DNA from: an uncultured delta proteobacterium
Lineage (GTDB): Bacteria > Myxococcota_A > Polyangia > Polyangiales > Polyangiaceae
Assembly (NCBI GenBank): GCA_903906315.1
Contig: CAIVJW010000245.1
Span: 1 to 61,469 of the forward strand
Direction: 5' to 3'
Length of the DNA: 61,469 nt
A program made the position numbers and the translations under genes. Below are positions 48,958 through 61,339 of this stretch, piece after piece. The notes under the pieces are model-generated. The model saw only the letters and a list, made by a program, of their open reading frames with translations, had not been told where the DNA came from and searched no databases. Position 1 is the stretch's first letter. Each line of letters starts with the position of its first letter.

Positions 48958-49992
48958 TCAGCGGTGGGGCAGCGCGCCGTGAAACTGCTTCATTCGCCCG
49001 AGGATCTTCCCGATCGAGAGCGGGAAGGTCATGTGCCCGCCCGGGATCCACTCGATCGGCGGGCGCCCCCACTCCTCCCACTGCTGCTTCACGAGCGGCG
49101 CCGTGATGTAGACGTCGTCGGTCGCCTGCACCCAGAGCTGCCGCTCGGGCGCGAGCTTCGGCTTCATCGTGCCGAGCCCGAGCCGCTGGAACAGCTCCTT
49201 CCTGCGCGCGGCGCCGATGCCGAAGCGCTCGAGGTCCGACTTCATGCGCCACAGGATGGGCGCCTCCTCGACGGCCTCGCCGAGCTTGAGGTGGCCGATG
49301 ATCGGCATGATGTAGTCGGGCGTCGGCTCGACGCAGGCGAGCGCCATGGTGAGCCCGCCGCCGAGGCTGAGCCCGGTCACGCCGATCTCCTCGTAGCCCT
49401 GCGTCTCGCGCAGCCACGCCATCAGGGTCCGCACGTCGATGACCGACTGTCGCACGGCCTCGACCGTGCGCACGAGGTCGGCGCTCCAGAAGAACTCGCC
49501 GTGGAAGAGGGCGCTCTTGGGGTTGCGGCTGCCGTGGAAGGGTAGCTGGATGTGGACGAGATCGACGCCGAGCTCGTCGTAGAGGCGCGGCAGGAGCAGG
49601 GCCTCCTCGACGCGCGGCCCGGGCTCGAGCCAGCCGTGGACGAAGAGCAGCGCGCGCTTGCGCTGACCGCTGCGCGGGTGGATGAAGCGCGCCGTGACGC
49701 GCTGGTTGAGCCAGTACTCGCCGGTGTGGCGCGCGCGGTAGTGCGGGCAGAGCACGACGTGCTGGCTGTGCCAGCGCAAGGTCTCGGTGATGCGCTTGGC
49801 GCCCATCACGAGGCGAGGCCGCCTCCGCACGACGTCGCGCGGCACGACCGGCACGGGGAAGATCACCTCGGGCGGCGCGTCGAGGTACGGGCCGAGGTCG
49901 TCGACGGTGTTCGTCCCGGCGCCGCGCCACCCGTGCAGGAGGTGCGAGCCGAGGCCCACGACGCGATCGACCGCTTCGCCGAAGGAGAGCAT
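48958..49992 (-). CDS. Alpha/beta hydrolase fold protein
   Basis: LFVHGWLEPG...GLSLGG (GxSxG) ...GGHMTF; typical alpha/beta hydrolase. Confidence 0.7.
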   Translation of the reverse strand: MLSFGEAVDRVVGLGSHLLHGWRGAGTNTVDDLGPYLDAPPEVIFPVPVVPRDVVRRRPRLVMGAKRITETLRWHSQHVVLCPHYRARHTGEYWLNQRVTARFIHPRSGQRKRALLFVHGWLEPGPRVEEALLLPRLYDELGVDLVHIQLPFHGSRNPKSALFHGEFFWSADLVRTVEAVRQSVIDVRTLMAWLRETQGYEEIGVTGLSLGGGLTMALACVEPTPDYIMPIIGHLKLGEAVEEAPILWRMKSDLERFGIGAARRKELFQRLGLGTMKPKLAPERQLWVQATDDVYITAPLVKQQWEEWGRPPIEWIPGGHMTFPLSIGKILGRMKQFHGALPHR

Positions 49993-50100
49993 CGGCTCAT
50001 TGGAGACGACCCGGGGGCCGCGGTCGAGGGGGAGGGGCGCGGGGCCGGTCGAGCCGGCCTGCCACCCCGCGTGGAGGCGGCTGCCGACGCCGCGCCGACC

Positions 50101-51120
50101 TCACGGGCTCGATCGAAAGCGCCGCGCGCGCCTCCTCGACGCGAGGACCGCGGCAGCGAGGGCGATCGACGCGATCGCGCCCGGCGACCGCACCGGGGCG
50201 CGGCGCGCGGAGCACTGGACGGCCACGTCGGGCGCCGCGTCGGCCTCGGCGATCGCGTCGGCCTCGGGCCCGGCTTCCGCGGACGACCCGGCGTCGCGGG
50301 CCGCGATCGGCTTCATCGTCGTCGCGGCCTGGCCGCCCGATCCGCCGCCGGCCCCCGCGCCGCCCGCGCCGCCCGCGCCCGCCGCCTCGTGCGCGGCGAT
50401 CTGCTGATCCAGCCAGTCGCGCACGAGGTCGACGCGCGCGACGAGCGATTGCCCCGACGTCACGGCCACGAGCGACCGCGGGATCGGCCCGGGCACGAGC
50501 GAGGGCCCGCCCGAGTCGCCCTCCTGACCCACGCCGGGGAACGTGAGGTAGTCGAAGGGGAAGGCGGCGACCGCCCCGTCCTGCACGGTGAGGGCGTCGC
50601 TCACGAAGAGGTCCTTCATCGACGGGAGGCCGTCGTCGATGCGCCCGACCTGCACGACCTGCGACCCATCGGGGAGCGGGGCGATCGCGATGGACGGGTA
50701 GGCGGCGAGATCGATCGACTCGTCGAGCAGGAGCAGGCCGACGTCGTGGACCTCCGGGGTGAGGTACTCCTGTGCGTGGCCCGCGTAGTCGTACGTCACG
50801 CCCGTCCATGCGTACGCGCCCTGCCCGTCGCCGGCGTAGGGCGCGAACACGCGCCACGAGGCGAAGCCGTCGACGCAGTGGCCCGCGGTGATCACCGCCC
50901 TGCGCGCGACCACCGCGCCCGTGCACATCGCGACGAGCTGCCCCGCCTCGTAGACGTTGACCAGCGCGGCCTCCTCGTACGCGTCCGCGCGCGTCCCGCC
51001 GACGATCGCGTCGGCGCGCGCGCCGATCGCCTCGGGGCCCGGCGCGCCGGCGCCGCACGCGGTGGTCGTCGCGATCGCGATCAGCGCGGCGAGGCGGGTC
51101 GGCAGGAGGTGAGTGGTCAT
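50101..51120 (-). CDS. Trypsin-like (S1 family) serine protease with MYXO-CTERM sorting signal
   Basis: Signal MTTHLLPTRLAALIAIATTTACGAG. IVGG...TAGHC (His), GDSGGP (Ser). C-terminus QCSARRAPVRSPGAIASIALAAAVLASRRRARR (GC-TM-RRR-type). Confidence 0.8.
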   Translation of the reverse strand: MTTHLLPTRLAALIAIATTTACGAGAPGPEAIGARADAIVGGTRADAYEEAALVNVYEAGQLVAMCTGAVVARRAVITAGHCVDGFASWRVFAPYAGDGQGAYAWTGVTYDYAGHAQEYLTPEVHDVGLLLLDESIDLAAYPSIAIAPLPDGSQVVQVGRIDDGLPSMKDLFVSDALTVQDGAVAAFPFDYLTFPGVGQEGDSGGPSLVPGPIPRSLVAVTSGQSLVARVDLVRDWLDQQIAAHEAAGAGGAGGAGAGGGSGGQAATTMKPIAARDAGSSAEAGPEADAIAEADAAPDVAVQCSARRAPVRSPGAIASIALAAAVLASRRRARRFRSSP

Positions 51121-51211
51121 GGCGTCCCGTGCGCGGCGCGGCGGCGCCCGCGCTCTCGGCCCTCTCGGGTGCCCCCGCGCGCGCCCGCATTCACGCGCGC
51201 GGCGCCGCGGA

Positions 51212-51874
51212 TCACTCCGCGATCGCGAACTCGGGGCACACCTCGAAGCCCGCGAGGCAGGGGAAGTCGAGCCCCTGGATGGCCGAAAGGACGCAGCCGG
51301 CGAGCGCCTGCGAGCCGGACTGCACGTCGGTGACGTGTCCCGAGGCGTCGAGCACGATCTTGAAGTCGCCCTGCGTCGTGAGCAGGTCCGAGCAGGCCGC
51401 GACCATGGCGTCGATCATGCGCTGCGCGTCCGAATGCGCCCCGCCCTGCGCGTAGGTGTAGATCGCGGGCGAGGCCGTCTCGACGCAGGCCGCCGCGAGC
51501 GCCGCGGTGGCCGCGTCGCTCTGCGCCTTGGCGGCGGCGGCTCCTGCGGGCGTGTCGCACGGGCGGAGCCCGACCATGCCGGCGTACACGTCGAGCGAGA
51601 ACGACGCGATCGGCGGGGGCTGCTCGGTCACCCCGATCCCCCCCGAGTAGCACGCGGCGCCCGCCGCGACCGCGGCCTGGATCGAGGCCTCGGTCGGCCG
51701 CGGCGGCGGGTCCGGGCACCCGCCCGTCGTGGTCGTGGTGGTGGTCGTCGTGGAGATCGTCGTCGTACCCGTGGTGCTCCTGCCCCCCGGGCGGTCGACC
51801 GCGACGTTGCCCCCGCAGCCGATCGGCGCAGCGGCCATCGCGAACGTGAGCGCGCTGGCCGCGGCCGATCGCAT
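51212..51874 (-). other. Lipoprotein-like module (signal peptide + poly-Thr linker + Cys-containing domain); either nested in-frame gene or fused C-terminal domain of the radical SAM ORF
   Basis: In-frame ATG at 51874 gives MRSAAASALTFAMAAAPIGCGGNVAVDRPGGRSTTGTTTISTTTTTTTTTGGC..., same layout as the lipoprotein at 155..829. Confidence 0.35.
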
Positions 51875-53488
51875 CGGCGCGAACATGCGCGCCGTCGCGG
51901 GCGCGGCGCGCAGGAGCGACGCCTCGATCCGCTCGAGATCGCCCTCGAGCTCCTTCGCGGGTCGCGCGAGCCCGCGCACGAGCGCCTCCGCGTCCGCGAA
52001 GCCGCCGCCGGCCTCGACGAGCGCGAGCGCGCGCCGGTAGCCGTCGACGTAGAGGTGGTTGACGCGCGCGCGCACGCCCTCGAGCCGCGGGCCGACGTCG
52101 CCGCGCAGCCGCTCGGGGTGCAGGCGCCGGGCGAGCGCGAGCGCGAGGTGCGCGTCGTGCGTGCGGTACGCGACGGAGTAGTCCCAGAACGCCTCGGCGC
52201 GCACGCGCGTGAAGACGTCGGCGAGGCGCGTCATGGCCTCGTCGGCGAAGGTGTAGCCGTAGCGAAGCGGGTTGCCGACGACGCGGCCCTCGGCCGTGAG
52301 CCGATCGTGCAGCCGGGTGCCGTGGTAGACCTGCATCTTCGTCGCCTCGAAGACGCCCGCGGGCACACGCTCGAGGAGATCGAGGCCGGCCGCGACGGTG
52401 GCGAGCGTCGACTCCGGGTGCACGATCATCAGGTTCGACACGGTCGTCACCCCGGCGTCGGAGAGCGTCTGCAGGAGCGCGAGCTCACGCGCGCCGGGCG
52501 CGGTGCGGCCGTAGGCGCGGGCCTCGCCCGGGGTCGCGAGCTCGAGGCCGATGAACAGGCGCACGAGGCCGACCTCGGCGAACGCGCGCGCGATCCGGGG
52601 CGTCACGCGGTCGGCGCGCAGCATCGCGCCGATGCCGAGCGCGCCGACGCCCCGCGCCCGCAGGCCCTCGCGCCACGCGGCGAGGTACGCGAGCGCGTCG
52701 TCCTCGCCGTACGGCAGAAGGTGCTCGTCGACGAAGTAGAAATAGCGCGCCCCGCGCGCGTGCCATAGCTCGGCCATCTCGTCGCACACGGCCTCGAGGT
52801 CGCGCCGCCGCACGCCGCCGACGCCGGCGATCGAGAGCGTGCGCGGCGCGTGACCGGCGCGCACGCCCTCGCGGCGCTCCTCGGTCTGCAGCGCGGCCGG
52901 ACCGCAGTACGCGCAGCGGCCGCGGCAGCCGCGCGACGCCGTCATGTGCGCGGCCGGGTGGCCGAGGATCTCGGGCAGCTCGTCACGCGAGGGGCGGAGC
53001 GCGGTCGGCCCGAGGTCGAGCACCGGCGCGGGCGGGCCGTCGCCCTCGCGCGTGGTGACGCCGGGCACGCCGAAGACGGCCTGCCCGCGGCCGACACGCG
53101 CCGCGATCTCGACGATCGGCGCCTCGCCCGCGAAGCGGACCACGCTGTGGAGCCACGGGTGCCGCGCGAGCAACCACTCGCGCGCGAGCGTCGCGAACGG
53201 CCCGCCGCACGTGACGTGCCCGCGAAACCCGGCGCGCGCGAGCGCCTCGCCGAGCGCGAGCGGCAGGACCGCCGATCCGCCGTCCGCGAGCGACAGGCCG
53301 ACCACGCCCGGCCGGGCGGCGAGGATGGCCACGACCGCGCGCGCGAGCTCGACCGCGTCGTTGACGTAGTGGACGGACACCGCGGTCCCGGCCTGCTCCA
53401 GCGCGGCGCGCAGGTACGCGAGCCCGAGGTTCTCGTTGTGCGGGAGACGACGACCGACGAGCGCGACGGCGGCTGCGGGGACGACCAT
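51212..53488 (-). CDS. B12-binding-domain radical SAM protein; ORF continues in frame into a lipoprotein-like C-terminal module
   Basis: N-terminal B12-binding-like region, then SRGCRGRCAYCG (Cx3Cx2C). rSAM similarity ends about residue 535. The same frame, with no stop, continues into MRSAAASALTFAMAAAPIGCGG + poly-Thr linker + Cys-containing domain. Confidence 0.7.
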   Translation of the reverse strand: MVVPAAAVALVGRRLPHNENLGLAYLRAALEQAGTAVSVHYVNDAVELARAVVAILAARPGVVGLSLADGGSAVLPLALGEALARAGFRGHVTCGGPFATLAREWLLARHPWLHSVVRFAGEAPIVEIAARVGRGQAVFGVPGVTTREGDGPPAPVLDLGPTALRPSRDELPEILGHPAAHMTASRGCRGRCAYCGPAALQTEERREGVRAGHAPRTLSIAGVGGVRRRDLEAVCDEMAELWHARGARYFYFVDEHLLPYGEDDALAYLAAWREGLRARGVGALGIGAMLRADRVTPRIARAFAEVGLVRLFIGLELATPGEARAYGRTAPGARELALLQTLSDAGVTTVSNLMIVHPESTLATVAAGLDLLERVPAGVFEATKMQVYHGTRLHDRLTAEGRVVGNPLRYGYTFADEAMTRLADVFTRVRAEAFWDYSVAYRTHDAHLALALARRLHPERLRGDVGPRLEGVRARVNHLYVDGYRRALALVEAGGGFADAEALVRGLARPAKELEGDLERIEASLLRAAPATARMFAPMRSAAASALTFAMAAAPIGCGGNVAVDRPGGRSTTGTTTISTTTTTTTTTGGCPDPPPRPTEASIQAAVAAGAACYSGGIGVTEQPPPIASFSLDVYAGMVGLRPCDTPAGAAAAKAQSDAATAALAAACVETASPAIYTYAQGGAHSDAQRMIDAMVAACSDLLTTQGDFKIVLDASGHVTDVQSGSQALAGCVLSAIQGLDFPCLAGFEVCPEFAIAE

Positions 53489-53685
53489 GGGCGGACCTCC
53501 TCGACGCAGGCTACGCGCATCGCGGCCGCGACGATGCGGCCACCGGCCGGACGGCGACCGGCCCTCGAAGGAGGGCGCTCACGCCGGCGGACACCATCAC
53601 CGGGCGGACCGGGGGCGCTCCGCCCGGCGCGGCGTTTCACGCCAGCCTTCCGCCCGCGGGCCGCTCGCGCTAAGTGCGCCCAACC

Positions 53686-55113
<1,428 letters not shown>

Positions 55114-55365
55114 GCGACCCCGCCGCGCGCTCGGCCCCTCGCCACCGCAAGCGCGCGCGAGCGGTCGGGCCGCGGCGCGCGCCCCGGTGGGCCCTCGCCG
55201 GTCCTTGCTCGCCACCTCGATCCCGCCGCCAGGCTCCCTCCGCGGAGCCCCGCCTCCGTCGTGCGCGCCGCCAGGTCGAGGCGCAACCCCCGCGGGCGGC
55301 CGTCGTCGCGTCGCCCCACCGGGGCGTTGCTCTGGCCGCCGTGCGTCGTGCTACCGTCCGCGACC

Positions 55366-56298
55366 ATGCTCGGCCGGGTGATCGTGATCGCGCTCAACAC
55401 CTACCGGGAGTCGGTGCGCGCGCGCATCCTCCTCGGGCTCGCAGGCGTCGCCTTCGCCGTCGCGTTCTACTCGATCGTCGTCGGCGCCTTCACGCTCCAC
55501 AACGGCGCGCGGGTGGTGAGCGACCTCGGCGCCGCGACGATCTCGGTCTTCAGCGTCGCCGTCGCCGTCGTGATCGGCGCGACGTCGCTCTACCGGGAGC
55601 TCGAGCAGAAGACGATCTTCCCCATCCTCGCGCGCCCGATCCGGCGCGGCGAGTACCTCGTCGGCAAGTACCTCGGCACGCTGCTGACGCTGGCCGTGTT
55701 CATCATGGCCGACGCCGCGCTCGTGCTGATCATCCTCGCAACGATGGCGGGCGCGTCGCTCGCGGTGGTCACGACGGTCGCCGTCGTCGCGGTCGCAGGC
55801 CTCGTGCTGCCCGGGCTGAAGTGGCCCTCGGCCTTCACGTTCGGCCCGATCCCGTGGGCGTTCGCGCTGCTCGCCGTCGCGACCGTCCTCGCCGGCAACG
55901 CGCCGGAGGAGCGCCGGGTCGTGCTCGCGTCGGGCGTGCTGACGCTGCTCGAGGTCGGCATCATCGCCGCCATCGCGACCCTGTTTTCGGCGTTTTCGAC
56001 GCCGTTCCTGTCGGCGCTGCTGACGATCTGGGTCTTCCTCATCGGCCGCTCGGCCGACTCGCTCGCCCGCCTGCCGGTCAAGACGTTCGGCCCGCTCCTG
56101 CACAACCTCGGGGTCCTGCTGTCAAAGGTGTTCCCCAACCTGCAGATCTACGTGCCGCCGCGGCCGCTCCTCACCGGCGAGGCGATGAACGGCACGCTCT
56201 CGTCGCACGTCGCCCTCGCGCTCGGCATGACCGTCGCGTGGGCGGTCGGTCTCCTCGCCACCGCGAGCTTCATCTTCAAGAAGCGCGACTTCCTGTGA
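55366..56298 (+). CDS. ABC-2 family transporter permease
   Basis: Six TM helices. MLGRVIVIALNTYRESVRARILLGL... typical ABC-2 (gliding-motility/lantibiotic-type) permease N-terminus. No ATPase gene adjacent. Confidence 0.7.
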   Translation: MLGRVIVIALNTYRESVRARILLGLAGVAFAVAFYSIVVGAFTLHNGARVVSDLGAATISVFSVAVAVVIGATSLYRELEQKTIFPILARPIRRGEYLVGKYLGTLLTLAVFIMADAALVLIILATMAGASLAVVTTVAVVAVAGLVLPGLKWPSAFTFGPIPWAFALLAVATVLAGNAPEERRVVLASGVLTLLEVGIIAAIATLFSAFSTPFLSALLTIWVFLIGRSADSLARLPVKTFGPLLHNLGVLLSKVFPNLQIYVPPRPLLTGEAMNGTLSSHVALALGMTVAWAVGLLATASFIFKKRDFL

Positions 56299-56954
56299 CG
56301 CGACGCGCCCTCGCGGTCCGCGCGCTGGGTGCGGCGGCCGTGCTGGGGCTGGCCATCGGCGCCGTCTCGCTGCGCGTGGTGGCCGCCGGCGAGGCCGAGA
56401 TCGCGTCCTCCACGGCCGCGCTCCGATCCGGCGACGCGCGCGAAGCCGTGGTCCACGCCCGCCGCGCCGCGGGGTGGTACGCGCCCGCCGCGCCGCACGT
56501 CCGGGTCGCGTACGGGCGCCTCGTCGCGCTCGCCTCGGCCGCGGAAGGGCTCGGCGACCGCGATCTCGCGCTCTTCGCCTGGCGCGCCGTGCGCACCGCC
56601 TCGCTCGAGACACGCTGGCTCTTCGGGGCCCCGCACGCCGACGACCGCGCCCGCGCCGACAGGGCCATCGCCCACCTCGAGGCCGCGTCGCCCCGCCCCC
56701 CCGGCAGCCGTGGGGACCCGGAGGCCGTCGTCCTGCGCAAGGCCCTCGAGGCCCTCGCCCGCGACGAGGCGCCGCGCACGGGCTGGGTCGCCGCGCTCGT
56801 GGCCGCGTTCGCGGCGTGGACGATCGGCGCGGGCGCGTTCGTCGCCCTCGGCGTCGACGCCTCGGGCCGCGTCGTCTCGCGCCGCGGCTGGCCCGCGGCC
56901 GGCGTCGCGGCCGCAGGCGTCGGGCTGTGGCTCGTGGCAATCTGGAGAGCCTGA
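56295..56954 (+). CDS. Hypothetical membrane protein translationally coupled to the ABC-2 permease
   Basis: GTG start overlapping the permease stop (GTGA). N-terminal TM, Ala/Arg-rich helical region, C-terminal TM helices. Composition is borderline against GC-driven junk. Confidence 0.45.
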   Translation: MTRRALAVRALGAAAVLGLAIGAVSLRVVAAGEAEIASSTAALRSGDAREAVVHARRAAGWYAPAAPHVRVAYGRLVALASAAEGLGDRDLALFAWRAVRTASLETRWLFGAPHADDRARADRAIAHLEAASPRPPGSRGDPEAVVLRKALEALARDEAPRTGWVAALVAAFAAWTIGAGAFVALGVDASGRVVSRRGWPAAGVAAAGVGLWLVAIWRA

Positions 56955-57066
56955 ACGATCTACCCTTCGCCCCCGATCCTGGCCGCCTTCGGCCTCTCAC
57001 CCCGCCGGAGGGCGCGTCCGCCTTGACGCGGGGCCGCATGGCGCCGGATTCTGCGTCCCCTTCCCC

Positions 57067-58173
57067 ATGGCCCGACTCATCCTCTCCAAGGACGGCCGCG
57101 AGCGCAGCATCGTGCTCGCCGCTGCGAGCGTGAGCCTCGGTCGGGCCCCGGACTGCACGATCGTGCTCGAGGACAACGCGGCGTCCAAGCGCCACTGCTC
57201 CATCGAGAAGGTCAAGGGCGCCTACGTCCTGCGCGACCTCGGCAGCACGAACGGCACCTTCCTGAACGAGCGGCAGGTCATCGCCGACATGCCGCTTCGC
57301 CACGGCGACGAGATCGTCGTCGGCGACACGCAGATTCGCTTCGAGGACGGCTACGCGGTGGGCTCGAGCATCGAGCCGCCAGCCGAGGGCGTCGTCCTGG
57401 CGCGGCTCAAGCTGCGCAAGCGGCCGGTCCTCGCCGCCGAGGCGCCGAAGCCGGCCTCGCTCCCGCCCACGACGCACGCCGGCGATCCGCCGAGCTCCGC
57501 GAAGCACCCGATCGACGGGCCGCCCGCCCCGGACACGGCGGTCAAGCCGGCGACGCCGGCCGAATCGAAACGCCAGTCGCTGCGGATGGCGCCCGTCGCA
57601 GGCCCGGCCTCGGCCGTGCCGCCCGCGCCCCACAGCCTCGCCGACCTGCTCGAGCCGATCGAGGCGACCACGCGCCTCGACAGCCTCCCCGAGCTCCTGC
57701 CGTGGGTCGAGCCCGAGGCCCCCCCACCCCCGCCCGATCGGCTGCTGGCGTTCTTCACGCTGACGCGATCGCTGCTCGCCGCGAGCGAGCCGGCCGATCT
57801 GCTCGAGGCCCTGCTCCGCGGCGCGCTGGCCCTCGCGCCGGTCGAACGCGGCGCGGTGTTCCGGATCGGCCCGGACGGCGAGCCCGTCGCCCAGCTCGCC
57901 TGCGATCGGCACGGGGTCGCGACGGCGGCGCCGGCCGCCGGGACGGTCGTCGAGAGCGTGGTGGCGCGCCGCGCGTCCGCGGTCGTTCAGGGCGCGAAGG
58001 GCGGCGATGCGGCCGCGATCCCGCTCGTCTTCCGCGCCGTGGTCCGGGGCGTCCTGTGGCTCGAGGCGCCGGCCGGCACGACGCTCGGCGACGCCGACGT
58101 CGACCTCCTCGCGCTCGCCGCCGCGCAGGCCGCGACCTTCCTCGCCGCGCTCGAACGGCCGACCGCGGGCTGA
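57067..58173 (+). CDS. FHA domain protein with C-terminal GAF-like domain
   Basis: FHA: SVSLGRAPDCTIVLEDNAASKRHCSIEKVKGAYVLRDLGSTNGTFLNERQV...GDEIVVG. Pro-rich linker. C-terminal GAF-like alpha/beta region. Confidence 0.75.
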   Translation: MARLILSKDGRERSIVLAAASVSLGRAPDCTIVLEDNAASKRHCSIEKVKGAYVLRDLGSTNGTFLNERQVIADMPLRHGDEIVVGDTQIRFEDGYAVGSSIEPPAEGVVLARLKLRKRPVLAAEAPKPASLPPTTHAGDPPSSAKHPIDGPPAPDTAVKPATPAESKRQSLRMAPVAGPASAVPPAPHSLADLLEPIEATTRLDSLPELLPWVEPEAPPPPPDRLLAFFTLTRSLLAASEPADLLEALLRGALALAPVERGAVFRIGPDGEPVAQLACDRHGVATAAPAAGTVVESVVARRASAVVQGAKGGDAAAIPLVFRAVVRGVLWLEAPAGTTLGDADVDLLALAAAQAATFLAALERPTAG

Positions 58174-58217
58174 CGCGTCGCCTTGACGCCCGCGCGCCCG
58201 GGGCGCAGGCCGGCCGC

Positions 58218-59186
58218 ATGATCGCGATCCAGGCGGAGGCACCGGGCGGCGTCGAGGTCCTGAAGCTCGTCGAGGTCGACACCCCGACGCCGGGCCCGGG
58301 CCAGCTGCTCGTGCGGGTCGGCGCCGCCGGCGTGAACTTCATCGACGTCTACCAGCGCACCGGGGTCTACCCGCTGCCGCGGCCGCTGCGCCTCGGCATG
58401 GAGGGCGCGGGCGTGGTCCTGGCCGTCGGGGCCGGCGTCACGTCGGCCGCGCGCGGCGACCGCGTGGCGTGGGCCAGCGGGCAAGGCGCGTACGCCACGC
58501 ACGCGATCGTCGAAGCCTCGCGCGCCGTGCCCGTCCCGGCCGCCCTCGACGAGGCCTCCGCGGCCGCGCTCGTCCTCCAGGGCATGACGGCGCACTACCT
58601 CGCGACCTCGACGTTCCCGCTGAAGCCCGGCGACACCTGCGTCGTGCACGCGGCGGCCGGCGGCGTGGGCCTCCTGCTCTGCCAGCTCGCCAAGCGCGCG
58701 GGCGCGTTCGTGATCGGCACGGCGAGCACGGCGGAGAAGGCCGCGCTCGCCCGCGGCGCCGGCGCCGACGAGGTCGTCCTCTACCGCGAGGCCAACTTCG
58801 CCGCCGAGGCGCGGCGGCTCACCGGCGGCCGCGGCGTCGACGTCGTCTACGACTCGGTCGGGCGCGACACTTTCGACGGCAGCCTCGCGTGCCTCCGGCC
58901 GCGCGGCCTGCTCGCCCTCTACGGCCAATCGAGCGGCGCCGTCGCGCCCTTCGACCCGCAGCGGCTGAACCAGGGAGGGTCGCTCTTTCTCACCCGCCCG
59001 ACGCTCGGCCACTACACGGCCAGCCGCGAGGAGCTGCTCGGCCGCGCCGACGCGATCTTCGGAGGGGCCGCGCGCGGCGAGCTGCGCCTGACGATCGGCG
59101 GCACGTTCCCGCTCGGCGACGCCGCCGAGGCCCACCGGCGGCTCGAGGCGCGCGCGACGACGGGCAAGCTGCTGCTCCTGCCGTAG
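58218..59186 (+). CDS. qor: NADPH:quinone oxidoreductase (zinc-type ADH superfamily)
   Basis: MIAIQAEAPGGVEVLKLVEVDTPTPGPGQLLVRVGAAGVNFIDVYQRTGVY...AAGGVGLLLCQLAK, classic Qor sequence. Confidence 0.85.
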   Translation: MIAIQAEAPGGVEVLKLVEVDTPTPGPGQLLVRVGAAGVNFIDVYQRTGVYPLPRPLRLGMEGAGVVLAVGAGVTSAARGDRVAWASGQGAYATHAIVEASRAVPVPAALDEASAAALVLQGMTAHYLATSTFPLKPGDTCVVHAAAGGVGLLLCQLAKRAGAFVIGTASTAEKAALARGAGADEVVLYREANFAAEARRLTGGRGVDVVYDSVGRDTFDGSLACLRPRGLLALYGQSSGAVAPFDPQRLNQGGSLFLTRPTLGHYTASREELLGRADAIFGGAARGELRLTIGGTFPLGDAAEAHRRLEARATTGKLLLLP

Positions 59187-59196
59187 GCGGCGCGCC

Positions 59197-59433
59197 CTAC
59201 CCCTCGGTGGCCCCCGGGGACTTGCGAGCGCGCAGCCGCTTCACGAGGTGCTGGACGCCCCGCGGGATCCAGATCTGCACGAGCGGGATCACCAGGCTCA
59301 CGATCATCGCGAGGAAGGCCCACGCGGCCCAGAGGCCGTCGCGCGTGATGACCCAGCCCATGAAGCAGACGTTCGCCACGAGCATGCACGCGGCCCCCGA
59401 GATCACCATCGTCTTTTCGGGCCGCAGCTTCAT
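59197..59433 (-). CDS. Small (78 aa) two-TM membrane protein (hypothetical)
   Basis: MKLRPEKTMVISGAACMLVANVCFMGWVITRDGLWAAWAFLAMIVSLVIPLVQIW; the upstream part of the ORF is junk. Confidence 0.4.
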   Translation of the reverse strand: MKLRPEKTMVISGAACMLVANVCFMGWVITRDGLWAAWAFLAMIVSLVIPLVQIWIPRGVQHLVKRLRARKSPGATEG

Positions 59434-59700
59434 GGAAGTGGCGCCGACGATACCACGCGCGGCGCCGACGCCGCGCCCCGCTTCGCTCGAGGCGGCAGGC
59501 GGCGCGCGCGGCGATGCGGGGGGGGTCGCCTTGCGCGATCGCCCCCGTGGAGCTAGCGTGCGCGGCTCACGTGACTGGGCTCGCGAGCGCGCTCGCAGCC
59601 CGGCGTCGCGCGGCCCACCAAGACGGGTCGGCGCGGCCCGGAACGGTGCGCACGGCGATGGACGCCGCACAGCCCGTCACGAGGACGCCGCCCGAAAGGC

Positions 59701-61251
<1,551 letters not shown>

Positions 61252-61339
61252 ACGAGCGCACCCCTCCCGCCGCGTGACCCTCGCGGCCAGGGTGCCCGCG
61301 AGTTGGCGCGATCGCCCCGCGTCGCGTAGGGTCTCGACG

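Noticed and set aside
56122-58242. 706-aa minus-strand ORF
   Set aside because: Arg/Gly-rich antisense of the FHA-GAF gene.
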